From Barthelona sp. PCE (lineage: Eukaryota), in NCBI GenBank assembly GCA_040285745.1, contig JAUFOR010000003.1, positions 372,001 to 436,000 on the forward strand: DNA of 64,000 bases. The letters run 5' to 3'. Positions 51,932-62,054 of the stretch are shown here, piece after piece. Every line of letters begins with the position of its first letter. Position 1 is the stretch's first letter. The notes under the pieces were generated by a model, which ran no database searches, was not told the origin of the DNA, and saw only the letters and a program-made list of their open reading frames with translations. The translations under genes and the position numbers were made by a program.

Positions 51932-54900
51932 TTACTCAATTTGTGTAAGATCGTGCTCATCAGTATTTGATGCTCCACTGAATGATGTTCTCATTGTCAT
52001 CATTGTGTTTTCAAACTTGGACATAAACTTCTCCAGCATGCGATCGCTGAGATTCTCCAGCAACTTCTCCTCTTTTGAAGGCTCGGGTCTGCTGATAACC
52101 TGACTACGGCTTAACTCCGTGGATAAATGAAGCATTTCATCTTGAACATAACTAAAAACGTTCGTAAACTGTTCAATTATCTCTCTATCCATGGCCTCTG
52201 ATCCAGTAGCGATGGATTTCATTCCACTCACGAATCCTCCGAATACATTCTTGAAATCATTAAGCGACTGCTTATACACATCAACAGATTGGTTAACATC
52301 AATACTACTGAGACTGCGTGTAAGATAACTGGGATCAACGTGAATGCTCTCCTCCATGATTGGTTCGGGTTCGGGTTCATCAAGCACAATAACTTCTTCT
52401 GTTTCTTCTCGGATGATTGGAGGTGTGACACCGTTAAATATCAAATCTGGTTCATTTGTTAGCACAACCATATCATCATTGTCAACACTCACGTCCAGTG
52501 TGCGGCTCGATGTGTTTCCGAACTGGGGAACAGTGTCATCGATCGTGGGCGTCTTTTCTGGTTCAGGTGTTGGAATACTCTCTTTAGCTTGTTCAGATAA
52601 CTCATCAACAACCTCACTAACGATTGTGTCTACCATTTCACCAATGTTATCCTCAAAATCACTGGGATCTTTAACAGAAACTTCTGAGATATCCTCCTTC
52701 TCGTCATCATTGTCATCATCCGGGATATCTTCAAGCTGCCTGAAGAATTTTTGACTGTCGTTCATAGACTGTGCCATTAGTGGTGGTAGTGTATCATCAA
52801 GATCACTGTAGCTCTCATCGTCAACATTAAGAAGATTATCGATTGTACTTAACATTTCTGATGTCTTCTTCAGCTCAACACTGATATCAATATCGCTTGT
52901 GTGCTCTGAATCTTCTGCAATTTCTTCTGTCACAACTGGTTCTTCAATTTCATCAACTTCAACAACTGGTTCTATGGATTCCTCAACTTCAACGACTGGT
53001 TCTATGGGTTCATCAACTTCTATGACTGGTTCTGTAGGTTCATCAACCTCAATAACAGGATCCACAGGCTCTTCGATCTCTACATTGGGTTCACTATCCT
53101 GTTCTAAAGGTTCAACCTCGCTGTGACCACTGTGAATATCTGACAAATCGTCGTTTTCATCAACAAGTTCTGGATTATTTATGAGGAGTTCTGTGATGGG
53201 CTGTGGCATGCTAATGGGTTCAATAGGCTCCTCAATATCTCTCTCCAGCTCGCTAACCGTGTCTATCTTATCTGTCTTCAAAGCACTATCTGAAAGTATT
53301 GACATCTGTGCCAATATGTTACCATGTACCTTTGTATTTGACGGTGACTCAATCATGGACTTTTCATTCAGGTTCCCGATCACGGTTGCTGATGGGGCTT
53401 TCCACTTGTCGTCTACCTTCTTCTTGTCAACTGGTTCAGAAACGTTCAAATCTTCAAGGGTAAGTGCAATATCAACGGGCTTCGATGGAGACTGTTCCTG
53501 CTCAGCCATGCGTCGCCTCATATCGCCTTCAATGCGTGCACGGACAGGACCAAGAGCAATCTGCATTTTTTCCGGTGTGATGATTTTTTCGTTGTTCTTG
53601 CTAGGAATACCGTACAATACATCATCGTTGGTGATCCCTGTGTTCTCCTGCGCGATACCCATGGCGGCACTGATTGTCTTGAACGCCTTGCTTGATTCAA
53701 GCAATCGGTTAAATTGAACTACACTTGAATTACATGATACAGACACGACAAAGAACTGCGTCTCGCCCTCATTAGTCTGCTGTATAAGCAAACATGCTGA
53801 CTGAATACCACCGCTGTGTCCACTAATCTTACACAGCACCTGCCCTGTTTGAATATCAAACACACGTACATAACTGTCTGAACCACATATAACTGCGAAA
53901 TCGTTGAAGAGAGACACGTTCAATGGCGCACCAGGCTTGGCTTTATCGGGTGAAAATGACTTCTCAACGTTCTGCTTCATAACATCAAGTACAATAAGCT
54001 TACCGTTCCCTGCAACAGCAAACGCCCGGTTGCGGAACATGTCCATTGCAATAACAGGGCTCTCAAAATCATGAGCGACGATATCGTTTGTTATCAAATT
54101 CAAGAATGAAACGTTGCCGTCCAAAGAACTGGAGACAAGACAGTCAGTAAATTCACCGACTGCGTCCCAAATATGACAGGCTGTAACACGATCTGAATGG
54201 ATGGGAAAAACTAACGCCTCCAACATGTGTGTCATCACGGCTACAGAACCGTTTGCGAAACCTGCAACAATATTGGAGTGATGCAGCTTGATGACGGTAA
54301 TCTCCGAATCAAGCAGCTTATCAGAACGCACGTACACAAACCTACCATTCTTTCGCTCATAGAGTGTGATCTCACCTTTCTTGTTACCCGTCACGAGGTA
54401 ACCCTCCCCACTGTGAAAGACAACCGGCTCGTTGTCTTTGATCTTGAGGACACTGGATAACATCGGATCGTACCTCCTCCTACTGATTGCTATAGACTCG
54501 ACCGTCTCCACTTCACTGTTCTCTTGACTTGAAATAGTACTGTTCATATCAGCAAGGCTCCATGTGTACACCGTATTCGCTGTGTCTAGCGTTGTCAACC
54601 TCCTATTATCGGTACACATATGCTGAATATTGTTCTCATGACCTCTATAACTCGCCACAAGATTGTTTTCATCGTCAAACATCATGATGGAGCAGTCTGA
54701 ATAAGCCACGATGATGCGCTTCGAGTCATTTGACACCGCCAAAGCCGTGACATCCGGAAAGAGCTCCTTATCCTCCGTCGAAAATAGAGAGGAGGTACAG
54801 TTCAAGTACGAGTCGTTTGGTGGTGGCAGCGGAAGACTTCTTAGAAAGATATGTGATTGACCATTGAAAACCCTAACAATTCCATTAGCACCTCCCACAA

Positions 54901-55669
54901 CGACTAACTCATCATTGACTGCCATACACGACATATCATCGATACGGCACTCCATCCAGTGATAAAGCATACGCAAATTGTTGAGGCAACATAGATCACC
55001 GCTGTCTGAGATGAAAAGGAGACCATTCGGCTCAAAACGTGATGGTACAACAGCGTTCATGTTTTTCCTTCCTTGCCCGATCATTGCCAGTCTAAAACCT
55101 ACGCTTTCGTCAGTACAGTTCCAATATCGCACTGTCCTGTCTCCGCCAGTGACCACAGTAGAGTCATCGATCCAGCATGCGGAAAGTATAGTGTCATTAG
55201 CTGTACCTACAATGGGCTTACCTGTTGCCATATCATAGACCATCAGAATGTTCTCTCCTTCATCAGAAATACCACCGATACAAAGCTTTGAATTTGATGA
55301 ATTCATTGCAATGCATGAAATTTCACCAATTGAGCTAATTACCCAACAATCCATTGCTTTATGTGTTGTCAAATCAAAAGTTGTGCATACAAAGCAGCGT
55401 TTGGTGTTTGGGCCCTGGACTACAATCAAAAAATTACCATCTGAGGAAACAGACATGGCAACGATAGGTGTGTGCTGATTATGTGATAAAAATCGCTTCT
55501 GTACACCTGTATCTGGATCGATACAGACCACTTTAGACCCCGCAGCGTAGAATATCTCATTTGTTATAGGATCTATACAAAACTGAGCATTGCTCAAAAC
55601 TGAATGCCCCAATACAAATTGCAATGCATATTTAGGTGTTCTCTTCGACTTAGATTTCTTAGATCCCAT
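51932..55669 (-). CDS. WD40-repeat protein with long acidic tail, WDR62/MAPKBP1/WDR90-like
   Basis: 'LQFVLG...IFYAAGSKVV...QKRFL' N-terminus, many WD blades, 'LPLPPP', 'FPDVTALAV...IIVAYSDCSI' and 'DSYVRVFDIQTGQVLCKISGH'. Confidence 0.75.
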   Translation of the reverse strand: MGSKKSKSKRTPKYALQFVLGHSVLSNAQFCIDPITNEIFYAAGSKVVCIDPDTGVQKRFLSHNQHTPIVAMSVSSDGNFLIVVQGPNTKRCFVCTTFDLTTHKAMDCWVISSIGEISCIAMNSSNSKLCIGGISDEGENILMVYDMATGKPIVGTANDTILSACWIDDSTVVTGGDRTVRYWNCTDESVGFRLAMIGQGRKNMNAVVPSRFEPNGLLFISDSGDLCCLNNLRMLYHWMECRIDDMSCMAVNDELVVVGGANGIVRVFNGQSHIFLRSLPLPPPNDSYLNCTSSLFSTEDKELFPDVTALAVSNDSKRIIVAYSDCSIMMFDDENNLVASYRGHENNIQHMCTDNRRLTTLDTANTVYTWSLADMNSTISSQENSEVETVESIAISRRRYDPMLSSVLKIKDNEPVVFHSGEGYLVTGNKKGEITLYERKNGRFVYVRSDKLLDSEITVIKLHHSNIVAGFANGSVAVMTHMLEALVFPIHSDRVTACHIWDAVGEFTDCLVSSSLDGNVSFLNLITNDIVAHDFESPVIAMDMFRNRAFAVAGNGKLIVLDVMKQNVEKSFSPDKAKPGAPLNVSLFNDFAVICGSDSYVRVFDIQTGQVLCKISGHSGGIQSACLLIQQTNEGETQFFVVSVSCNSSVVQFNRLLESSKAFKTISAAMGIAQENTGITNDDVLYGIPSKNNEKIITPEKMQIALGPVRARIEGDMRRRMAEQEQSPSKPVDIALTLEDLNVSEPVDKKKVDDKWKAPSATVIGNLNEKSMIESPSNTKVHGNILAQMSILSDSALKTDKIDTVSELERDIEEPIEPISMPQPITELLINNPELVDENDDLSDIHSGHSEVEPLEQDSEPNVEIEEPVDPVIEVDEPTEPVIEVDEPIEPVVEVEESIEPVVEVDEIEEPVVTEEIAEDSEHTSDIDISVELKKTSEMLSTIDNLLNVDDESYSDLDDTLPPLMAQSMNDSQKFFRQLEDIPDDDNDDEKEDISEVSVKDPSDFEDNIGEMVDTIVSEVVDELSEQAKESIPTPEPEKTPTIDDTVPQFGNTSSRTLDVSVDNDDMVVLTNEPDLIFNGVTPPIIREETEEVIVLDEPEPEPIMEESIHVDPSYLTRSLSSIDVNQSVDVYKQSLNDFKNVFGGFVSGMKSIATGSEAMDREIIEQFTNVFSYVQDEMLHLSTELSRSQVISRPEPSKEEKLLENLSDRMLEKFMSKFENTMMTMRTSFSGASNTDEHDLTQIE
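52931..53092 (-). repeat. Coding minisatellite, about 5.5 degenerate copies of a 30-nt unit (EPV(I/V)EV(D/E)EP(T/I))
   Basis: The plus strand repeats 'actggttct..g.ttcatcaacttc' at a 30-nt period inside the WD40 gene tail. Confidence 0.85.
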
Positions 55670-55897
55670 CGTTTGGTTCTGCAACAGTCCCTGAAAAAGA
55701 TCTTAAAAATGTTAAACGCTTTTTTTCCTGTAAATATGTTTTGCGTTAATTTAAACCTGTATATTCAGTATAATGACATAATTTACACCCTATAACCAGG
55801 TTAAAATTTCATTAATATGCAGATACAACTATATTTTTTAGTCCGGTGTCTTTCATTTTCTCACCCTTTTACACCTGCAAATAGCACACTCAAGAGA

Positions 55898-56863
55898 ATG
55901 TGTTTTAGATCTATGAAACGAAGCATTCTTAAGCGATACCGCTGTGCTTATTTCACGCTTTTATTTTTGGAATTTATTTTACTGATTCTAGCACTCGTAA
56001 TCTTCTTTGTTCGACTTCCTACTGAGAACAACAATATAATATTTGAATTTAACGAACAAGTGGATTTGTTTAATTCAAGAAAACACCTTATCAACGATAT
56101 TGGGAATGTAACGCTCAATTACAAGATCGTCGCTGATGAACACTCTGCAAATATCAGTGTGCCTCTCATACACAGTCATTACAGTGATTTAGATTTTCTA
56201 AACTTTAATTACATTAACTGGTACAATGCTTCCAAACTGTTTTCTTTTTTTTCACTCCCTGAAATAACACCCCCATTCACCAAATCTGAAGCTACCTTCA
56301 GATTTTCTATTAAAGATGAAGAAAAATCTATCACTGCTCCACTAATTTACACAACCGTTAATAATGATCACATGATAAAGTGTACTCGCAATCATGGATA
56401 CTTCTCCCACATAGACAACACATGCACATACGGAAATCGCCTTCATAAGTTATGTATAAGTTACGATCCAACTGAAGGCAGTTATGGTGGGTGTTTTTAT
56501 GATAACGGTACACTGGTATCGCATAAACTAATCCGATTCAACCCATATGTATCACCTCTGGATATGGATAATCTTCAGGTATACGTTCGTCTCCCTTCTG
56601 ACCCATATATTAAGGTTCAACAATTATTGCATGGATCGCATTTTTTTCCCAGCCCTTCAAATCAACTAATACTGTCACTTTTATGTATTTTATTAGCATT
56701 CTTTTGTTATATCGCAACATTTATCATAAAAACAAACAGTCAACATGAAATTAATGAAGCTTTTAATCAACATGTCCAAATTACTTCAAAGTTCAGTGTA
56801 AGTCCCAAAAATTTTAAAAAATATGCTTATAATAAGGAAAAAATTCAATTTAACATTCAATAA
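55898..56863 (+). CDS. Hypothetical two-TM membrane protein with a Cys-containing luminal loop
   Basis: TM segments 'AYFTLLFLEFILLILALVIFFV' and 'LILSLLCILLAFFCYIATFII'. CCTTTT at 55865-55870 upstream. The start may be 55898 or 55913. Confidence 0.6.
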   Translation: MCFRSMKRSILKRYRCAYFTLLFLEFILLILALVIFFVRLPTENNNIIFEFNEQVDLFNSRKHLINDIGNVTLNYKIVADEHSANISVPLIHSHYSDLDFLNFNYINWYNASKLFSFFSLPEITPPFTKSEATFRFSIKDEEKSITAPLIYTTVNNDHMIKCTRNHGYFSHIDNTCTYGNRLHKLCISYDPTEGSYGGCFYDNGTLVSHKLIRFNPYVSPLDMDNLQVYVRLPSDPYIKVQQLLHGSHFFPSPSNQLILSLLCILLAFFCYIATFIIKTNSQHEINEAFNQHVQITSKFSVSPKNFKKYAYNKEKIQFNIQ

Positions 56864-56868
56864 TAAGA

Positions 56869-58641
56869 TTATTTAATCCAATCTTTTTCAAATACGGTCT
56901 CATACAAGAATTTGCAATAAAGTCCGTTAGTCCATCCGAAACCAGTGACTACATTATACTCACCAGCACCGCCTGGTTCTCCAAGATTCTCACAATCATA
57001 TTTCTCATAGATAGTATCATACTTCTCAACACTATCCTCGACCATTGCCATATATTTTGCTTTGATAGACTCTGCCTCATCAGTTGCGTTAAGCGCCTTG
57101 AAAGCACGGTATGTCATATCGACAAGTGGCGCCCAAACGTTAGGGAAATCCCACTGCTGCCCTGTTTCCTTCAACATGCTGGCTGGAATACCTCCAGGCT
57201 GTGACATGAACGAATCAAGACTTGCGTTTAGCTGTTCAACTGTTGTGTTGGAGATCATATGCTGACAGTATTCGACATCAGGGAAGTATGACGCAACAAA
57301 GAGCGGGCTTACTGCTGCAGGTGTAACGACACGACCATGATCCTTTCTACCGTCAAACCACAAACCAACATCACTGTCGAACATGGTGTTTAAAGCGCGT
57401 TGGACAAACTCCAAATGCTCGTCGTACAAAACGTTGGCGCCATCATCTTCGTCGTTTGTAAACAACTGTTGCATTTCTTTCATTGCGAGGACATCAGCCA
57501 AGAAGAACGCGTGCAACTCAACCGGTGCAATATCGTCTGTTCGAAGCGCAAATGTTGTACAGCGTTCGTGAGATGGATTCTCCAGACACTCAATACTCAT
57601 CCAACGTGCGCTGAAATCCCAACCACTTTCAGCCGTTGCGCGAATGGATTTCATTGAGCCTCCCTCATTAAGGATCTTCAAATCCTCTTTGTACGACTCG
57701 GGACGAGGGCGATCACTCGATGTTGAATATCTCAACATACCATCTTTCATTCTTTGCAGATAAAAAAACTCAATTTCTTTCGCTAGAGCTGGTAGTAACT
57801 CAAGTTTAAAAACCTGTTTGCAGTGCTCTGTTTCAAGGAATTCCTGAACACCTGGGTACCTCACAAACGTCTTCAACATGAGACCAAAGACCGGAGGTTG
57901 ACTGCGATCTGTATAATAAGTTCTTGCACCATTCGGTACGAATCCATACTTATTAATGAGTGTTGCCATGTTTCTCAACATTCCAAACGATGTTTGATGC
58001 ATATCACTTACAAGAAGACCTGATAAAATCCACAACGAGTCCCAGTAGTAGAATTCTCTAAAACGACCACCTGGAACAACAAAAGGATACGGTAAGTTAA
58101 TGTGCGAGAATGTTTGGAGAGACTTTCCCATGTATTCTTGTCTAAAAACCTTTGTCATGGTCTTCCACAATTGATTAATATGATTGAATGTCTTATTCTG
58201 ACTTTGGTTCTCTATATTCTCAAGAATATCAGGTTCTTCTGACCAGTCATCAACGCGGATGGTGTGGATATCGGTTGCAGGATCGAGAAAATTACTTTCA
58301 AAAAAGTCATACACAATTTGGCTATGTTTAAGGTTAAGGTTATTCCACAACTGCAATAAACTATTAGGTGACATGTAGCTTGGCATGTCAACAAAGTGTT
58401 TTGAGTCGTTTATACCACGTGCTTGCATCCATGATGCAGCATGAACTAAAATATGTTCATTGAGATAAATATCGCTCATTGGTACAACTTCTTCTTGCCC
58501 TTTGTATAAAAACAATATTAATACGGTGGAAATAACAGCGACACTTACAACTAAAAACAATCTTATGCGTTTGGAACTTGTATCAGTACGAACGTTGATA
58601 TCAAGAAAAGGTGCGTTTATAGAAGTGGGTGAATCCCTCAT
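56869..58641 (-). CDS. TREH: Alpha,alpha-trehalase (GH37) with N-terminal type II membrane anchor
   Basis: 'DSKHFVDM', 'PGGRFREFYYWDS', 'NGARTYYTDRSQPP', 'RPESY', 'AESGWDFSARW', 'QWDFPNVWAP' and 'GEYNVVTGFGWTNG'. Confidence 0.95.
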   Translation of the reverse strand: MRDSPTSINAPFLDINVRTDTSSKRIRLFLVVSVAVISTVLILFLYKGQEEVVPMSDIYLNEHILVHAASWMQARGINDSKHFVDMPSYMSPNSLLQLWNNLNLKHSQIVYDFFESNFLDPATDIHTIRVDDWSEEPDILENIENQSQNKTFNHINQLWKTMTKVFRQEYMGKSLQTFSHINLPYPFVVPGGRFREFYYWDSLWILSGLLVSDMHQTSFGMLRNMATLINKYGFVPNGARTYYTDRSQPPVFGLMLKTFVRYPGVQEFLETEHCKQVFKLELLPALAKEIEFFYLQRMKDGMLRYSTSSDRPRPESYKEDLKILNEGGSMKSIRATAESGWDFSARWMSIECLENPSHERCTTFALRTDDIAPVELHAFFLADVLAMKEMQQLFTNDEDDGANVLYDEHLEFVQRALNTMFDSDVGLWFDGRKDHGRVVTPAAVSPLFVASYFPDVEYCQHMISNTTVEQLNASLDSFMSQPGGIPASMLKETGQQWDFPNVWAPLVDMTYRAFKALNATDEAESIKAKYMAMVEDSVEKYDTIYEKYDCENLGEPGGAGEYNVVTGFGWTNGLYCKFLYETVFEKDWIK

Positions 58642-58879
58642 ACAATTCGATATTGTCCTCACGAAACGGAGGAAAATTTGTTTAGCAACTTGAGAAAAAA
58701 TCAATGTTTTCAGACTCTATTAAAACTGTATTTACAATGTAACATGGTTCAAACTGCGTATTGTACCAAACTTTTGGGTTAAATTAAATGTGATAAATGT
58801 AAAAGAATGATGTTAATCAGACATTTCCTTACTGAGTTAAATATTAATGAAATAGCGTTTGAACCAAAATACAGCACTT

Positions 58880-59425
58880 TTAGATATAACGGCGCACCTT
58901 TGACTTATATTCACGATAATCATCACCATGACTAGATTCCAAATAAATTTCTTCACTTTTTATCATCAAATGGATAAAAACAAATATCATCAGAAACCCT
59001 ACTGCGAGATATACGGAACGAAGAGCCACAGCATAGCCAATAGAATAAAGAATTATGGAAAAAAAGTAAGGATTTCTGGAAAAGCGGTATACACCATGTG
59101 TGATGAGATCTGTATCTTGATTCTCAAGAACTCCAACCCTCCATGATGCACCAATATCGTACAGTGCACTGAAACAGAAAAAATAAGATAAAATACACAA
59201 CACAATGAATGTTACAAACGTATATAACTCAAAAACTGGTTCTTGGAAGAATGACAATGCCAGGGAACCAGCAATGTATATGATAATGGATACAATACTG
59301 CATACTGCCTGCCAATTCTTGGAACTAATAGACTCACCTGTTTCTTTCCTAGTTTTGATATTTTTTGTGAACCATGCCCCTTGAAATACAAGCTGATGCA
59401 CCAAAAAACTGATTAACTACAACAT
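58880..59425 (-). pseudogene. Isoprenylcysteine carboxyl methyltransferase / PEMT-family membrane methyltransferase with unresolved 5' end (in-frame TAG at codon 3)
   Basis: 'IGASWRVGV...LITHGVYRFSRNPYF...EEIYL..HGDDYREYKSKVRRYI' is the ICMT/PEMT signature. The only in-frame ATG upstream (59425) is followed by TTG TAG. Confidence 0.55.
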
Positions 59426-59969
59426 TATCTGTGAAATAGGATAGAAAAGTAAAACAAAAGCATCACAAAAAGTATCTCACGAAGCGTTACTTATACCACA
59501 ATTGCTCATTGAATACAAAAAGCACAATCATAATCAATAAAACTTACTTCAAAAGCCTTTAAGAAAGATAAGAACATACTCATTAATGTTTACGTGGATC
59601 GAGAAAAAAAATAGTTACAACATCGCACTGTGTTACATTACCATCATTTATGGAGCTTAAATAATAGTATAATGGCAGGAAAAAAACCTTCACTTTAGTA
59701 ACATTCCCTATTAACATAGATTGAAAAATCTTTGAGTTTAGGTCAGATATTTCTGATGTATGAGATAACTTATGCTTTGAAAATATGCAGAACAACAGTA
59801 TGTGAAGAGAAAAATGAAAACTTCTTCATTGGAGCTTGAAAGCCATCAGAAAACACGTGACAGTACATTTACTCTGACAAACTAAATTGTATCCCTCTCA
59901 CAACATTGAATTCTAATGTTATTTCACTTTAATCCCTTTCAAAAACATATATAGTAGGGCGTTTTAACG

Positions 59970-61121
59970 ATGAGCAGCAATCCTATATCCGAAATAAGGC
60001 TTAGAATCGACGCAATTAAAGAGCTATATTACACAAAATGCTCCGTCTTCACAGTAAGCCCCAATCAAGCTTTCTTGAGACTCCTTGACGATTGCATTAC
60101 AAATCAAAACCTCCCAAGGAAAATTGTTATTAGAGGAAACGATCCAGAGAACTTTAATTCTAGATTAACAAGCTCAGATTTCATTGCTCTGGTTTACACT
60201 TTAACAGAAGTGGAAGGGCTTGATCTTGAGCAGTTGGAGATCATTAATCACCGTCTCAATGATCCTCATGGTGGTGGTCCGTTTGTTAACCTACTAACAA
60301 CTTTCCCTAACTCACTCACACATCTTAGTTTTGCGCATAACGACCTTTGCACATCGGCATTGCCCCTCACAGACGCACTCCGTGGCTGCCAGCTCCGTTC
60401 ACTCGATATCAGTCATAATCCACTAGGTCCCACGTTTGGTATTCAACTTGTCCCTAGTCTCCGTATCATGGACACGTTGGAGTACATTGACCTCAGTCAC
60501 ACACAGCAGAACGAGGCCTCCCTTGTGTCTCTTATCGATGTGTTACTGCATTCCCCGAATCTAAAAGTGTTGAAGATGGACGATCCCGAGTGGATGCGTG
60601 ATAAGATGGCTGTTGTATACCGTCTTGGCCTGCTATTGGAAAAGGCAAAGAACCTGACACACGTCTCTCTTAAGAACTGGAAATTAAACGATGATGAGGT
60701 TGAGCATCTGGCGTTTTCATTACAAAAATCTTCTGTTACCCATCTTGATCTCTCCAAGAACAGACTGGGTGAAATTGGATTCAGAAACATGCATGGAAAA
60801 TGGCCTGAGAAGCTACACACCCTTATCTTACACACTAATCGAATCAATGATCGTTCAATTGCATATCTTCCACTAAACGTTCCGGAGCTTGACATTGCTA
60901 ACAACACCAGGATCACAAAGATAGGTACGACAATGCTGACGATGCGCATCGACAGTGAGCCAAACAACCTAGCTGTCTTAACTCTATGGGGTGCTGAATT
61001 TGTACCAAAGAGTGCCTTTGCTCTGCGTGATTCACAGAACCGTAACGGATTTGAGTGTGATATATATGTATGTGAAGATGGTAGCGTAGCCCTTCAATCT
61101 GCTCCATCTATTCACTTGTAA
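59970..61121 (+). CDS. RNI-like LRR protein, LRRC34-like
   Basis: N-terminal 'Y...C......PN..FL..L...IRGN...RLT..D' followed by LRRs ('LSFAHNDL', 'LDISHNPLG', 'LDLSKNRLGE') and 'LTLWG'. Confidence 0.75.
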   Translation: MSSNPISEIRLRIDAIKELYYTKCSVFTVSPNQAFLRLLDDCITNQNLPRKIVIRGNDPENFNSRLTSSDFIALVYTLTEVEGLDLEQLEIINHRLNDPHGGGPFVNLLTTFPNSLTHLSFAHNDLCTSALPLTDALRGCQLRSLDISHNPLGPTFGIQLVPSLRIMDTLEYIDLSHTQQNEASLVSLIDVLLHSPNLKVLKMDDPEWMRDKMAVVYRLGLLLEKAKNLTHVSLKNWKLNDDEVEHLAFSLQKSSVTHLDLSKNRLGEIGFRNMHGKWPEKLHTLILHTNRINDRSIAYLPLNVPELDIANNTRITKIGTTMLTMRIDSEPNNLAVLTLWGAEFVPKSAFALRDSQNRNGFECDIYVCEDGSVALQSAPSIHL

Positions 61122-61142
61122 ATGTACAATAATAAACAATTT

Positions 61143-62054
61143 TTATTCTTCATCAGAATCCTCCTCAACTGCGTTAGGATCAAATATCATATCACAGTGA
61201 CCATGGAATCTATTGACAAATGAGTTCTTGAACTCTTCAATTTCAGGATAAAATTCTTCCTCCTCCTCAGGTTTCTCCAATGTAGGGTAGAATTTGACAA
61301 CGTACATATCCTCAAGGTCTGATCTTCTCTTTTCACCCTGGTTGGTGAAGTATTCGACTTGAGCCTCATAGTTGGACTGGTTACGCTCATTATGTGCTAC
61401 AGTTCCTTTGTTAATAGCTTCAAGGATAATTTCCATGTTTTCTTCGTTAACTTCAACTTTTGCTTCTTTAAGTGTATCTTTAGCAATATCGTAAAGCTCT
61501 TCCTCTGAGATCTCCTCATCACCAACGAAATGATTGAAAGAGTGTGTGTTTTCATCAATTTCATAAGAACATTGGAAGCTGTCTTGTGGTTTGAACTCAA
61601 AATTATGTGCATATACCTGATAAGGAAGGGCGTATTCCCAGCGCAGCTTGTCTACTTCAGATAAACGCTTCAGTGCAGGAATTCTTTGAGTGCAGTTGAG
61701 AGAATAAAGTCCTTTACGATCCTCCAAAATACTCCATCGCATCTTGAGCTTCTTCAAAGGAAGAATCGACTCCTCCTCGGCCTGAACAGATGTTAGTATA
61801 ATATCCTCAAAAGGTGATGACTTGCAAACTGCAACAAAAACAGTGGGAATATAAACTAGATGTTCGTCAATATACTGAGGTTCCGTTGCTCCCCACATCC
61901 ACACTTTGTGACCATTGAACATACCTTCTTCCTCAAGAAGATGGTAGTAAAGATCGCTAAAGTCCCAATCATATTGGAAAATATTATGATAATCATCGAA
62001 TGAGGTCCCAAGGAAGTAAATAACTTCAGACCAACTATCTTCGGTTAGAGACAT
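61143..62054 (-). CDS. HIT4: HEAT-INTOLERANT 4 (HIT4)-family protein
   Basis: 'FLGTSFD...DWDFSDL...EEEG...KVWMWGATEPQ', 'TSVQAEEESILPLKKLKMRW', 'CTQRIPALK...EYALPY', 'KFYP' and 'SFVNRFHG' parallel the Arabidopsis HIT4 conserved region. Confidence 0.8.
   Translation of the reverse strand: MSLTEDSWSEVIYFLGTSFDDYHNIFQYDWDFSDLYYHLLEEEGMFNGHKVWMWGATEPQYIDEHLVYIPTVFVAVCKSSPFEDIILTSVQAEEESILPLKKLKMRWSILEDRKGLYSLNCTQRIPALKRLSEVDKLRWEYALPYQVYAHNFEFKPQDSFQCSYEIDENTHSFNHFVGDEEISEEELYDIAKDTLKEAKVEVNEENMEIILEAINKGTVAHNERNQSNYEAQVEYFTNQGEKRRSDLEDMYVVKFYPTLEKPEEEEEFYPEIEEFKNSFVNRFHGHCDMIFDPNAVEEDSDEE

Noticed and set aside
59417-59419. Genome-wide TAG reassignment (as in hexamitid diplomonads)
   Set aside because: TAG and TAA end conserved genes at the expected positions (CFAP161, NCKX, TyrRS, thiolase), and long ORFs contain no internal TAR codons.
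9182-60967. Many 60-180 aa antisense or alternate-frame ORFs (e.g. 9182..9592, 12816..13298, 17789..18217, 48266..48799, 53181..53717, 60497..60967)
   Set aside because: They lie wholly within well-supported genes and have the Ser/Ile/Thr-rich composition expected of shadow frames.
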